64,000 nucleotides of DNA from Basidiobolus meristosporus CBS 931.73. Lineage: Eukaryota; Fungi; Basidiobolomycota. How positions within the stretch are numbered: position 1 is the stretch's first letter; every line of letters starts with the position of its first letter. The position numbers were made by a program, and so were the translations under genes. The notes beneath the pieces were generated by a model, which was not told where the DNA came from, made no database searches, and was given only the letters and a program-made list of their open reading frames with translations. Positions 11,901 through 25,292 of the stretch are shown here, piece after piece. Location of the stretch: contig MCFE01000133.1 in NCBI GenBank assembly GCA_002104905.1, positions 62,001 through 126,000 of the forward strand, written 5' to 3'.

Positions 11901-13893
11901 GTGTCTTGCTCACTGGAGGGCTATCTCCTGTGTCAATGGCATGATCCACGTCTCTGACTGGTGGTAGGCTTCCAAGCTCATCTGGGAACATGTCTGAATA
12001 TTTCTTCAAGAGAGTCTGGACCTGCTGGGGTGCTGGGGTAGAGGAATCCTCCTGTAATACCGCCATGAGGAACATCTTGGTACCTTTTCTAAGTGCTCTA
12101 CAGAACTGGGTCTTGCTAAGTTCACTTGTCTCACACACACTGGAATTGACCAACTTGAAATCCAGCATGGCAGGTAATAGCTCATAGGTCTTGTTGTCTT
12201 TTTGGATCTGAGTAGCATGGGTTCTCCAGTTGATTGATGGATTACAACAAAATAGCCAGGTTTTTCCAAGTACAAGGTCAAACTTGCAGTTCCCAAATAT
12301 ATAAGCCTGTAGGTCTTCTTCATAGTCATTGATCTTCATTCTTACTGGCTGGGTAATACGGTTGATTATGTGGGAGTTCTCATCAGCTGTGGAGACTGAA
12401 GTTGATTTGGTAGGTTCCAAGTTGATTCCAGCTTTCAAAGCAAATTGCTCTGACATGTACTCATGCAATGCTCCTGAGTCAATCATGATCTTGGCAGGTA
12501 CTCCATTGATTACTCCATTCAAGTACAATAACTTCCCTGAGTTTGAAGTCATTTGGGACAAGTACTCTTCTGTCATATGGAAGGTGAGTTCTGAGTCTTC
12601 TTCAAGCTCATCTTCCACATTAATGTGTTCATGGGACTCAATACGGTTGAAGGTTCTTGTTGGCTGGTGTCCATTTCTTCTCTGAGGGCAGTACTTTGCA
12701 ATAAGTCCCTGCTGGTGGCAATTGAAGCAAAGTCCTCTCTTCTTGCATTCTTCTGAGGAGGGATTCTTCTGCATAGCATCTATTTCCATTGGTACTGCTT
12801 CTGATTGTCTTCTTTCATAATGATTATGGCCTTTCTGATTAGTCACTGTAGGCTTCCCAACTCCAAACATAGCTGAGTCATAGTCAATTGCAATCTTGAT
12901 GGCTTCTTCAATAGTCTGAGGTCTTTGGTAATTGACTTCCTTGCGAGTTCTTTCTTTCAACCCATCAATAAAGTATTCAACTTGATCCAAGGGGTCCATT
13001 CTTTCAATTTGTCCAAGTAGACATCTGTACTCATAGATGTATTCTTGCACCATTCCTTTCTGTCTGAGTGTCTTTAACTTCCTTCTTAGTAGTGTCTGCT
13101 GGTGTGGAGGTTCAAAAGCATCCTGAATTTCTGACACGAACTCATCCCAGGTAGAGATTGTAGAGCATCCCATCATAGTAGCTGACCTGATCTTGTTGTG
13201 GTACCACTGTAACGCTGCATCTTCCAGGTAAGAAGCTGCATAATGCAACTTGCTCTCTGGAGCAATTCCTTTAGCTTTAAAAGCTTCTTTAATCTGAAAG
13301 AGCCAAGTTCCCAGGTTTTCATTGACTCTGCCATGGTACCGGTTGACCTTCACACTAAAGTTGCTCTTGACAGGGCTTTGCTGGCTCTGAGCCATGGTAG
13401 TCATTCCTTGTTGCTGTTGGGCCAGGATTTGCTGCATGGCATTCTTCCATTCTTGATTGTCCGACATCTTGAGGGTGGTTTCTTGTTTCTTCAGGAGGGA
13501 GGTTTCTGGTTATTGCTGCTACCAATGTTACAAGTCTTGGTATAAGAGTTGTAGAGGAATAGGGAGTTTAGCTAGTATTGTATTCACTAAAACTTGAACT
13601 GATCTTTATTGAGGTTCTAGCAGCTCCTTATATACATTTTGCCAGATCAATTGCTGACTAATTGTATTTCCTAATGTAGGTTGTGGCTGATGACTCATTT
13701 GATTGCATCATCATCACCCAATAAGATCCTACTTAATATATCTATTTCTGTCTGATAAGGATCTGCTGATTCATTTGCTGACTAATGCTACTGATTTCAT
13801 AGATAATACTGATATACTGATAACCTAAACATATACTAATTGATTTGACTAAAAACTGATCTAACTTAAACATTCAAGCAGCAGATCATAACA
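8987..13893 (-). mobile_element. Full-length Ty3/gypsy retrotransposon A-1 (4,907 bp)
   Basis: 368-bp LTRs at 8987-9354 and 13526-13893 (5 mismatches by eye, about 98.6%), 4-bp TSD CTAA (8983-8986 and 13894-13897), PBS TGGTAGCAGC next to the 5' LTR, PPT AGGGGAGAA next to the 3' LTR. Confidence 0.95.
9365..13467 (-). pseudogene. A-1 gag-pol: retrotransposon gag, CCHC knuckle, protease (IDSGA), RT (YLDD), RNase H, integrase (GPF); no chromodomain
   Basis: ORFs 11872-13467, 10735-11868 and 9469-10647 share one frame, broken by TAG at 11872 and TAA at 10735. A 1-bp frameshift near 9505 shifts the C-terminus into ORF 9365-9556. Confidence 0.9.
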
Positions 13894-16800
13894 CTAAGTC
13901 TTCCTGGATATTGCCTTGTTTGTCCACTAATTGGTAGGTTGCAAATGGACATTCTCTGATGATCTTGAATGGTCCTGTCCATTGTGGCTCAAACTACTTC
14001 TGAGTGTTGTTTCTTAGCAATACAAAGTTCCTAACTGTCAATGCCTCTGGTGCTACAGTCTTATCAAAGCTCTACTTCATGTTTCCTGCACTTTGAAGTA
14101 CTTTGGTCTGTGCCTCTTGACGTCTTTGTTCCAGTTACTGGTATCTACTTGGCTGATGGAGCTCATCTTCTCAGGTGTGAGATCTCCTGGAATCCTTGGT
14201 TCACATCCATACAATTAGTAAAATGGAAATTGTTAGGTGGCATTGTGTACTCTGACTCTGCATGCAAAGAGTGCTTGGTCTATATACTCATCCCATCTAC
14301 TGACTACTGCATTTGCATACTTGGTTAGCATTTTCCCAAATAGTCCATTTAACCATTCAGTGGCTCCATTAGTTCTGGGGTGATATGCCAAGGTTATCAA
14401 GTGTTTAATCTGCTGCATTTGCAGGTAAGCTTCCAATGTTGTTGCCATAAAGTTTGCACCTCTATCTGATTGAATCTCAACAGGGCATCCAAACTCCATA
14501 AGGATCTCATGGTAGATGAAGCTTGCAACTTCTTGTTCACGGGCTATAGGTACAGCATTAGCCACTGGCCATTTAGTGGCATGGCCAATTGCTACCAGGA
14601 TCCAACAGTTGCATTTCCTGGTAGTTGGCAGTTTTCCAATAAAGTTCATTTCTCATCTTTCAAATGGCCTTATAGGCTCCAAGGGAAACAGTTCAGTAAT
14701 TCTCTGAGGTTGGCCTTGGTTGATTTGGCAATTTTGGCATGCTTTTACTACCTTCTCAATGTCATGCTTCATTCTGGGCCACAATGCTCTGGCTTTCACA
14801 AGGCTATAGGTTCCTTTAATTCCAAGATGTCCATATCCATTGTGTAGCTTATGTATTGAATCCTGGCAAGCAACATAAGGGCAATAGGCAATAGGGCTTC
14901 CATCAACAACTTGGTGGAGTGTTTCATGCTCTACTACAAATTTGCTGGCTTCATCACGGATTATCTTCTTGATATCTTGATCCACCTCATTAGGAATGGC
15001 TTGTTCCTCCAGGTAGTTTGGTAATAGGCTAGGCCAATCTGATTCATGCACCAAGTTGAGTTGTGCAATTTGTTCTAATATTGATAAGATGTCAGCAACC
15101 ATGTTGTTTTTCCATGGCAGTAGACAATCTCTAAATCAAATTGCTGAATGTATTCACTCCATCTTGCCATTTTTCTAGAGAGTACTTTCTGAGTAAACAT
15201 ATACTAGAGGGAGGCATGATCAGTCTTCACAGTGCATTTGACTCCTTTAGTATAGCATCTCCATGCCATCAAACAATGTATTATAGCAAGCATCTCCTTC
15301 TTGTGCACTGGATAGCTTTGTTCTGCTGAGCTCAGCTTCTTGGATTCAATGGCAATTAGGTGGTCCTCACTCTTGTGTTCTTGGCTCAACACTCCACCAA
15401 TTGCATAATCTGAGGCATCTGCAAACAGAGTAAACACTTTTCTGAAGTCAGGAATTCTTAAGCTTGGTGGCTTAGCAAATTCATTCTTGAGTGTCTGGAA
15501 GGCAGTCTCACAAGCTATGTACCACTTGTAGGTATTGTCTTTCTTGAGGATATCATTTAAAGTGGTGGCAATACTTGCAAAGGACTTGGCAAATCTCCAA
15601 TAATGGGAAACCATTCCAAGGAATGATCTGAGCTCTGATATGCTATGGGGCTACTTTAGATTCTCAATAACTTCAACCTTCTTAAGGTCCAAGGTTACTC
15701 CTATGCTAGTCACTATGTGTCCAGATATTCAATATGTTCCTTGAAGAGTTCACACTTGGGTAGCTTGCCATAAAGCTTATTCTCTCTTAGCTTCTTCAAG
15801 ACCTTCTCAATGTGCACCAAGTGATCCTCTTCTGTCTTGCTGTATATCAATATATCATTTAGTAAGATTATCACAAACTTGTCTAAGTACTCCTGGAAGA
15901 TAGTCTGCATCAGAGTCATGAACATTGCAGGGGCATTGGTGAGGCCAAAACTCATGACTAAGTACTTGTAATATCCATATCTGGTCCTGAATGCTGTCTT
16001 AGGGATGTCTTCTGGCTTCACCCTAATCTGGTTGTATCCTGACATGAGGTCAATCTTGCTGAGAATAGTGGCTAAATTGAGCTGGTCCAAAGCTCATCAA
16101 TCCAAGGTATGGGGTACTTGCTCTTCACAGTAACTGAGTTGGGGGCTCTGTAGTCAATGTACATCCTAAGTGTTCCATCCTTCTTCTTCACAAAAAGTAC
16201 TGGAGCTCCCCAAGGTGACTTGCTGGGTCTGATATATCCTTGCTCCAATAACTGATCAATTTGTCTCTTCATCTCTTCCAACTCCAATGGACTCATTCTG
16301 TAAGGTGTCTTGCTCACTGGAGGGCTATCTCCTGTTTCAATGGCATAATCCACGTCTCTGACTGGTGGTAGGCTTACAAGCTCATCTGGAAATACATCTG
16401 AATACTCCTTCAAGAGAGTTTGGACCTTGTGGGGTACTGGAGTAGAGGAATCCTCCTGTAATACTGCCATGAGGAACATCTGGGTGCATTTTCTTAGTGC
16501 TCTAAAGAACTGTGTCTTGCTAAGTTGACTTGTCTCACACTCACTGGATTTGACCAAGTTAAAATCCAGTCTGGGAGGTAACAACTCATTGGTCTTGTTG
16601 TCCTCCTGGATCTGGGTAACATGGGTTCTCCAGTTGATTGATGGATTACAACAAAATAGCCAGCTTTTCCCAAGTACAAGGTCAAACTTGCAGTTCCCAA
16701 ATATCACTGCCACTGCCAGGTAAGTGGCTGCATAATGTAACTTGCTTTCTGGAGCAATTCCCTTAGCCTTTAAAGCTTCTTCAATCTGGAAGAGCCAAGT

Positions 16801-17892
16801 TCCCATGTTTTCATTGACTCCACCATGGTACCAGTTGACCTTCACACTAAAGTTGCTCTTGACAGGGTTTTGCTGGCTTTGGGCCATGGTAGTCATTTCT
16901 TGTTGCTGCTGGGCCAGAGTTTGTTGCATAGCATTCTTCCATTCCTGATTTTTTGACATCTTGAGGGAGGCTTCTTCTTTCTTCAGGAGGGACATTTCTG
17001 GTTATTGCTGCTACCAATGTTACAAGTCTTGGTATAAGAGTTGTAGAGGAAAAGGGAGTTTAGTTAGTATTGTATTCACTAAAACTTGAACTGATCTTTA
17101 TTGAGGTTTCAGCAGCTTCTTATATACATTTTGCCGGATCAATTGCTGACTAATTGTATTTCCTAATGTAGGCTGTGGCTGATGACTCATTTGATTGCAT
17201 CATCATCACCCAATAAGATCCTACTTAGTATACCTATTTCTGTCTGATAAGAAACTGATGATTCATATACTGACTAATGCTACTGATTTGATATATAATA
17301 CTGATATACTGATAAGCTGAACATATAACTAATTGATTTGACTAAAAACTGAACCAACTTGAGCATTCAAGCAGCAGATCTTAACAACTGAACACAGAGT
17401 TTTCCAAGAGTGGAAGGCTTCTACTTTCCAAGGATTCATTCTTGTTCCACTTGAGTTTTTAAGATATCCTGAGAACGCAATTTCTCTCTGGTCAAAGTTA
17501 CATTTCTACAGTTAGGTATTGAGGCCAGCAGTGTCAAGCTAGGTCAAGACTGCCTTCAAATGGGAATTATGTTCTTCTAGAGTCTTGGGGTAAATCAAGA
17601 TATCACAAAGGTGGATAACCACAAATTGGTGAAGGTGCTCACAGAATATGTCATTCTTCAGGTGTTGAACAACAGCTGGGGCATTGGTGAGACCAGGTTG
17701 TATAATTCCATACTCAAAGTGACAATATCCTGTTCTGAAGGTGGTTTCTGCTCATCAACAAGCTTGATGATTACAAGATTGAATATCCTGTGAGGTCAAT
17801 TTTAGTAAATACTTTAGCAGTGAAGAGCTGATCCTACAGGGTGTTGATTGGGAGCAAAAGTTATTGGTTCATGATTGTGATTTTATTCAGTG

Positions 17893-18261
17893 TGTTATGA
17901 TCTGCTGCTTGAATGTTTAAGTTTGATCAGTTTTTAGTCAAATCAATTAGTTATATGTTCAGCTTATCAGTATATCAGTATTATATATCAAATCAGTAGC
18001 ATTAGTCAGCAAATGAATCAGCAGATCCTTATCAGACAGAAATAGATATATTAAGTAGGATCTTATTGGGTGATGATGATGCAATCAAATGAGTCATCAG
18101 CCACAACCTACATTAGGAAATACAATTAGTCAGCAATTGATCTGGCAAAATGTATATAAGGAGCTGCTGAAACCTCAATAAAAATTAGTTCAAGTTTTAG
18201 TGAATACAATACTAGCTAAACTCCCTATTCCTCTACAACTCTTATACCCAGACATGTAACA
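17893..18261 (+). repeat. Solo LTR of family A, in opposite orientation, inside chromovirus RT
   Basis: Reverse complement of LTR-A, 369 bp. Flanks AGTG and AGCG form a 4-bp TSD with one CpG transition. Confidence 0.9.
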
Positions 18262-20799
18262 AGCGCACAGTAGTCTACACACATTCTAGGGGTAACAAAC
18301 TCTTTTCCAACAAAGAGGATTAGGGCACCAGCTGGGAACAAGAGTGCTGAATAAAGCCTCTCTGGAGGTTTTCTTTGATATAGCTATGGATCTCTTTCAG
18401 CTCACACTGTTAGAGGTTTTGATTATGACCAACAGGTAGAGCATTTTGTTCCTGAAGGTCTATGGGACAATTGCGGGGTCTATGTGCTGGGAGCAGTAGT
18501 GCTTGTTTCTGATCAAAAACATTGCTAAGTTCTTAATACCTTATTGGTATTCCATTGGAGGGGTTCCTTCAGTGATGATGGGCTCTTGGGTCTTGGGTAG
18601 CTTGGGAACAGATAGCTTTTTACCAGCATAGCCAGGTGCCTTTGTGGAGTTGGATGGAAGACTATGGGGAATGTCAAAGTCTTAGTCTTTGAGTTGATAG
18701 CCAAGTAATGGTGACTTAGCCATAAGCTTCTAAGAGCCATGGAGTAGTGTGCAGAGTTGATGATTTTAAAGGCTAGTGTCTCATAATGACCAGTAGTGGA
18801 CAGTTGGAGTAGACATGTTGCACACAGTACAGCACCAGAAGAGAGGGATTGTCCATCAATAACTTCAACTTGGGCATGAGAGGATTTCAGGAGAGTGGGG
18901 ATTTTGTGCCTCTGGACAAAGCAATGGTCAATGAAGTAGCAGGAAGCACAAGAATTGTTCAGGGCAAGGACATGGACAGGGCTAGATTCAGGGATGTGAA
19001 TGCTTCAGGTATTATTAAGGACTGGATGTGCTTTGTAGCATATGATGTTTCTTGAATGTGTTAAATACTCATTGGAGGGTCCAGTTGAAAGCCTGTCACT
19101 ATAACAGGATACTGGAGCTTATCAACAATTCAGGATATGGCTTTTCACTGGATAATTGTAGGAGTTTGATGCTGGACTTCTTGTTAGGACATGACTTGCT
19201 GTAGCAGCCTGGCTGGCCATAATTGAGGCAGATATTTGCCTGCTAACTTCCAGATCCTTCTTCTTTTGTAAGTTTCTCAACCTTAACACTGTCAATTTGA
19301 ATAGAATCATCAAACTTAGTATTGGGGAAGGAGGGTGGCTGATAAGTGTATTGGAATTTTGGTTTTTTCTGGAAAAGCAATTCCGACATTGGATTGATAG
19401 CTGCATAGCTATACCTAGGGTAGTTGGGCCATTAATTGTGGGGAGTAGGGTAATGACTCAACTCAGATATCTTCCTGAAACTGACTAATCATGGCAGCAT
19501 CACCCCAAAGGCTCATATCACTGGTTAGTAGCCAGAGTTCAGAAGCATACACATTTATAGGTCTGTTTCCATGCTTCAAGTTTCTGATCTTGCTGGCAGC
19601 AGTTCTGACTTAGTCAATGCTGGCAAATGTCAGCTCCATTTCTGAGAGGAAAGCGTGATAGCCACTGAGTACTGGGGAGCTAGCTTCCAGTAATGAGAGA
19701 GCCATTTCTGGGCAGTTCCAGTAAATATGCTAAAGATATAACTACATTTTGCTCAAGCTGTGGAGAATCAGTTGGGTTGTAGCAGCAAGTGGTGTTGCAA
19801 TATGCTAGTGAGACCTTGAAGCTCATTCTGGGAGCCACTGAACCTGAAAGCAGAAGTGATATTGGGATCATAGTGGGAGGGAGTCTGGATCGACTGTTGA
19901 GTATTTTGGCTCTAATGCTGAGCAACAGAGCTTCCTAGGTCTGCATCATCTTGTTGCAGCTTGGCAAAGGCAGCCATAAGGCTTGCAAAAGTGTACACTG
20001 GACTGTACATGTCATAATAGCAGGAGATAGACAGACTTCTTGAACTTGCTCAAAAAGCCACTAATTGGTCAAGTATAAAATTGTTGAACCATAATCCCCG
20101 CCCTTGAATAAATTAGAAGAACTTCAAAGGTACCCACTTTAACATGCTGTGCTGGAGTATTGTCCAAAAGCATCCAATACTGCAACAACTGTAAACTACA
20201 CTTGCAGAACAATAGTGTGAATGCAGCTTTGGCCAACAATTTCACAAAAATAAAGTGTTTCTGCCTTTAGAGGATAAGACCATGCAAAGATTTAAGGTGT
20301 ACCTTACAGTTAATGTTCTTTTACAAGTTCTTGTGAAGAACTATGGGTAGAATGCAGAGATCCACAGGTAAGTCAAAAGCATTCTGATAAAACTGATACT
20401 GATAGATACAAGGAACAAGAGTAGAGCTAGGCAAGCCAAGACCAGGAAAGGACTTTGATGAAGATCAGCAAGGCAAGGCAGACTTCATGGCAAGACTGTT
20501 TATTTAAGACCTGTGTATAGCGGAATGAAGAATACCCAAGGGGGGATAGAACTATATATAATCTGTGGCAATATACCAAAGAACAGATAAGTGTGTCATA
20601 AGGGGATATGTCAGAGGTCAGCTAATTTAGTGACTAGAAAACTACTGCATAAGGTACTAAGCTACATAAGTTCCATTGGGAAGCATCATCCAAATGTACC
20701 TTTTTGTAAGACTAACTTGTAGCAATCATCATATTGCAGGAATATAGAAAGCTTGATTTGTGTAAATGAAAAGTATTTTATTATTACAACATCCCAAAA

Positions 20800-21555
20800 G
20801 CCAATATTGCACTCATTTCTTTATTTTGCCTTTTGCTACCATCACACACAAATGAAAGATCAAGAATTTTCAATTCTGAAGATCAAAATCTCAGGACCCT
20901 GACAAGCAATCCACTAAGGAATAATATGGCATGCAGAATGTGCAGTAGTCAACACATGTTTCAAGTTACAGCTAATTTGAAGCAGTGCTTAAGAAGTTAT
21001 GATTGGAAAAGTTCAATAACCATATCTATCAGGCCTCTATTGCTAGGATTACTATGGTGACTTTGATTTCATATACTCTCAAGCTAGCCCATCAAAACAC
21101 AAGATATTCTAACAGATGTTGTGCCTATGTTTAATATGCATCACTGTAACATTTTAGCTTTGTATCACATTTACTGATTGTCTAATGCCCAAAATGCTTG
21201 CTCCTTCAGAATATTCAGGTAAATGACTCCCTCAGCTGAAAAATAAAAAGGAGAGCCACTCTTTCCACAATCTCTACACTACAGCTACAAGTTCAAAGGT
21301 TGTAAAACTTCCTCTGCATCACTTGCACTGCTGAATATTTTGACTTTGATTAGTGCTACATCAGTAAAGAGACAGTAAAGCTCACAAGAAACTCATGTAA
21401 GTTATACAAGACAACTACCACTTTTTGTAGGAAACGTTCCCTCTCAGCAACCCCTTTGCTCTAAAGACTTCATTAGGTTAAAGGGGAACTCAGTATTCCA
21501 GATTACAAAATATATTCCCAGGAAAAAAAGCAACATCCAAATAAGGAAAAGCTAC
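20800..21555. repeat. Dispersed repeat family Y, copy 2
   Basis: Colinear with 3330-4290; CpGs lost and the CCCCTTTA array collapsed to about 1 copy. Confidence 0.8.
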
Positions 21556-21689
21556 TAATGAAGCAAATCTGGACATAAGAGATAGAATTGCCACACCAAA
21601 GGAGCCAAGTGCACTAAAACACTGATCATGCTATATTTGCTCAGTGTGTACTTGCAGAAGAGTGACCTGAATGAAATACATTGATCCTT

Positions 21690-22203
21690 GCTACTTGCTG
21701 CTGCAAGAGCTCCCAGTCCCAGATCATGAGACATTCTCAGACAACCACACTGACAACCAACTAACCTTGGAGGCACTTCTTGTGAGGAATACTGAGAGAA
21801 GGTAACTTCTATATCACTAGATTCCTTCCCAAGTCTGTTCTTGTACAGGCAAAGATACCCTTCTGTCTTTGTAACTATTGACAGTAGATGCATTCTTACT
21901 AAGTGCCTGTCACTGGAGTGTTCAGTTATTTGGGCTTTGGATCTTTAGTACATTTTCTTCATAAAGAACTCTGCACTTAGCTCATACTTTTGTTAAGATG
22001 TCAACTAAGTTGCAGATTGTAGCTCAATAGTTTTCCCTTGACAAGCTTGTGGCTTTATTCCTCTCTGCATTAGAGTAGAGATGGATCCCAGGTACTCCTA
22101 GCAAGCTTTTACCAGAGGTTTATTACACCTAGTGAGCATCCCACTCATAAAACACCTGAGAAGTGTTGGATGCATCACTCCCTTGGACTTATGCACCACC
22201 ACA
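21690..22203 (+). repeat. 3' part of LTR family G
   Basis: Homologous to 46150-46669, ending in the same ggacttat(g/a)caccaccaca terminus. Confidence 0.8.
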
Positions 22204-23050
22204 TGGTATGTTAATAATTTAGGGATAATTATGCATGTGTATTTCTCCAGTGCAAATTTGAAAAATCTACAGGCTTTTTCCAAGAAGCTTCTAATAATGG
22301 TTAGCAGCTATAATACTAGCGGAGAGCCAAACATCTATACACTTGCCATTACTGTATTGAACCTCTACTCCATCTTGCTCAGTATGTAGAAAATATTGGG
22401 CCTTGCCCACCTTTTGAGAGTTTCCTAGATAGTAGATGTGTAGAACCATAGACAGAAAAATTAAGTTGCCAGTACTACCATACACCCATCTCATCAGGAA
22501 TATTACCTTTGATTAGTATGTTGATATGATTAGTTGGTACATGGAGTACAGCCAGACAGAGTTGAAAAATACTGGAATACAGATGTGCATATGGAGATAT
22601 CTATGTATTTGGCATTCAGTGACTAAGAAGCCCAGATGTGTGAGTAATTAGTTAAGGTTGGGCTCAATGCAGCAAGCAACTAATACTTCTCAGGATAACT
22701 ATCACAAAGTATGCCAGGTCTCCCCTGATCACAGGCCAATTTCTACATCCTTGAATATTGAACCCACATAGACAAGAGCTGGAGTCCATCTTTGCAGGGA
22801 CGAGTACATAGGTCAAGGAATATAATAGCTAAGTACCATAAGGTATTTGCAGATATCCAGGTGACATTTATAGTAGATGTGATGGTAAACCAGCATATAT
22901 TTGCAAGATGTATATGTTACCAGGAATACAACTTGCACAGCAACTTTACAAGCATTGCACAAAAAAGATGGTAAGTTGAGATGATAATGGTGTGACAATT
23001 GCAGGAAGTGTTTGCATATGTCAAGGTTAGAATGCTAGAGGATGTAGTTT
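22204..23050 (+). mobile_element. CACTA-type transposase C-terminal relic, copy 3
   Basis: KYHKVFADIQVTFIVDVMVNQHIFARCICYQ (22792-22974) matches the minus-strand relic at 42475-42750. Confidence 0.55.
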
Positions 23051-23325
23051 TTGATTTGCACTATATAAACAGCTCTGATGACTGGAGGGGGTCAGCAATT
23101 GAAAAGGGTGACTCTACAGTTTAATATAGTAACTGTGCCCAAGGATGAATCTGAAAGAAGCACCATTGGATAATTTTGATATGGTGGCATTACACTGAAT
23201 TTGCTCTAGGCTGTAGTACTGTAACAATAGTGCCAATGGAGGCAAGAATTAAGGCTCTGATGACACAATTGTTCTTCTTTCCATACAGGTAATGTCATAT
23301 TTTGTATGAGATTTGAATATATATT

Positions 23326-25292
23326 TGCTACAAGTCTTGATATATTGGTTGTTAAGGAATAGGGAGTTTTGGCTAGAATTGTATTCACTAATACCAAGCA
23401 CTCCTGGAAGATGGTATGCATTAGGGTCATGAATGTTGCATGGGCATTAGTAAGGCCAAAGCACATGAATAAGTAGTCATAATGTTCATACCTGGTCCAG
23501 AATCATGTCTTAGTAATGTCTCCTGGTTTCACCCTAATCTGGTTTTGTCATAATATGAGGTCATTTGTGCTGAGTATGGTTGCTCCATTGATTAGGTTTA
23601 AAGCTCATCAATCCAGTGTATGGAATACTTGTTTTCACAGTAACTGAGTCATGGGCTGTGTAATCAATGCACATCCTAAGTGCTTCATCCTCTTTTACAC
23701 AAAAAGCACTGGTGCTCCCCAAGGAGACTTGCAGGGTCTGACATATGCTTGCTCCAATAACTGATCTGTTTGTCTCTTAAGCCCTTTCAATTCAGATGGA
23801 CTCATTATGAAAGGTATGTTGCTCACTGGAGTACTATCACCTGTGTCAATGGCATGATCCATGTCTCTGACTGTTGGTAGGCTTACCAGTACTATGATCC
23901 GCCACTTGAATGTTTAAGGTAGATCAGTTTTTAGTCAAATCAATTAGTTATATGCTTAGTCTATCAGAATAGTAGTGTTATCCATCATATCAGTAGCATT
24001 AGTCAGCAAATGAATCAGCAGATCCTTATCAGACAGGAATAAATATTTTAAGAAGGTTCTGATTGGGTGATGATGATGCAATCAAATGATTGGTCAGCCA
24101 CAGCCTACATTAGGAAACACAATTAGTCAGCAATTGAGCATCTACTTACCATTCTAAGTCCTCCATGGAATTGTGTCATGCTAAGCTCACTAATTTGACA
24201 CACACTTGAGTTGACCAGGTCTAAATCCATCTGGTGGGTAAGAAATCATAAGTCTAGTAATCTCTATGGATCTGGGTGACATGTGTTCTCTAGTTGATTG
24301 ATGGATTACAACAGAATAGCCATATTTTCCCTAGTACAAGGCTAAACCTGCTGCTCCCAATTATTTAGACCTAGTCTTCCTCATAGTCATGGATGTTCAT
24401 TTTTACTGGCTGAGTAATATGGCTGATTATGAGATGGCTCCTATCAGCTGCTAAGACTGAAGTTGATTTGGTAGGTTCCAAAATAAATTTAGCTTTCAAG
24501 GCAAATTGCAGTGACTTATATATGTGTTGAACTCTAGATTCAACCATGCTATTGACAGGTATTCCACTGACTGCTCCATTCAAGTATAGTAGCTTTTTGA
24601 AGTATGAGGTTATTTGGGATAAGCATTCTTCTTTAATATGGAAGGTGAGCTCTGCATTTTCTTCAAGCTGATCCTCCATGTGATATTGCTAAAGAGTTTT
24701 GATGTGACTAAAGGTTCTTGTTGAGTGGTGTCCATTTCTTCTCTAGGGTTGTGCTGTTACAAGTCTTTGTATAAATGTTGCAGAGGAATAGGGAGTTTAG
24801 CTAACATTGTATTCACTAAAACTTGAACTGCTTTTTATTAAGGTTCCAGCGGCTTCTTATAAAAATCTTGCCAGATTAATTGCTGACTAATTGTGTCTCC
24901 TAATGTAGGTTGCAGCTGATGACTCATTTGATTACATCATCATCACCCTATCAGATCCTACTTAATATATCTATTCCTGTCTGATAAAGATCTGCTGATT
25001 CATTTGCTGACTAATGCTATTGATTTGATAGGTTACACTGATATACGGATAGGCTAAACATATAAGTAATTAATTTGACTAAAAACTGATCTAACTTAAA
25101 TATTCAAGTAGTAGATCATAACAGTACTATGCAATATGTCCTTGCTGGTAGCAATTAATGCAAAGTCCTTTCTTCTTATATTCTTTGGAGGTGGGACTCT
25201 TCTGCATAGTTTCTATATCCATTGACAATGCTACTGATTGTCCTCTCTCATAGTGATTATAGCCTCTCTGATTAGTCAATGTAGGTTTCCCT
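23326..25292 (-). mobile_element. Fragmented family A copy A-3 (gag 24700-25292, protease 24140-24700, RT start 23400-23880, LTR pieces 23326-23392 and inverted 23890-24139)
   Basis: Direct homology to A-1 gag, protease and RT; many stops. Confidence 0.8.
24755..25123 (-). repeat. Solo LTR of family A inserted in A-3 gag
   Basis: 369 bp, TGTTACA...ATAACA; flanks GTGC and GTAC (4-bp TSD, one mismatch). Confidence 0.88.

Larger units (their letters stand above)
8876..17386 (-). mobile_element. Ty3/gypsy family A, copy A-2 (split by A-1: segments 8876-8986 and 13894-17386)
   Basis: 5' LTR 17018-17386, PBS TGGTAGCAG, gag with an internal deletion at about 16705-16715, RT/RNase H about 15150-16400, integrase 13894-15100 continuing at 8876-8986. 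The 3' LTR and about 55 bp of host RT are deleted. Confidence 0.85.
5453..20760 (-). mobile_element. Old decayed Ty3/gypsy chromovirus K, host of several nested insertions
   Basis: Domain order on the minus strand: gag relic about 19000-20040, protease/RT 18260-18800 and 17390-17890, RNase H 8400-8876, integrase 6330-8300, chromodomain about 6130-6320 (QFEVQQGLN*KYIRTQPYYLIDCIRYNPSIQFWELATNLTNCQDLVALFHQTYP), PPT AGAAGAGGAGAA, LTR 5453-6097 (TGTCA...TGGCA). A related LTR at about 20300-20760 is only roughly two-thirds identical, so pairing is uncertain. Confidence 0.7.
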
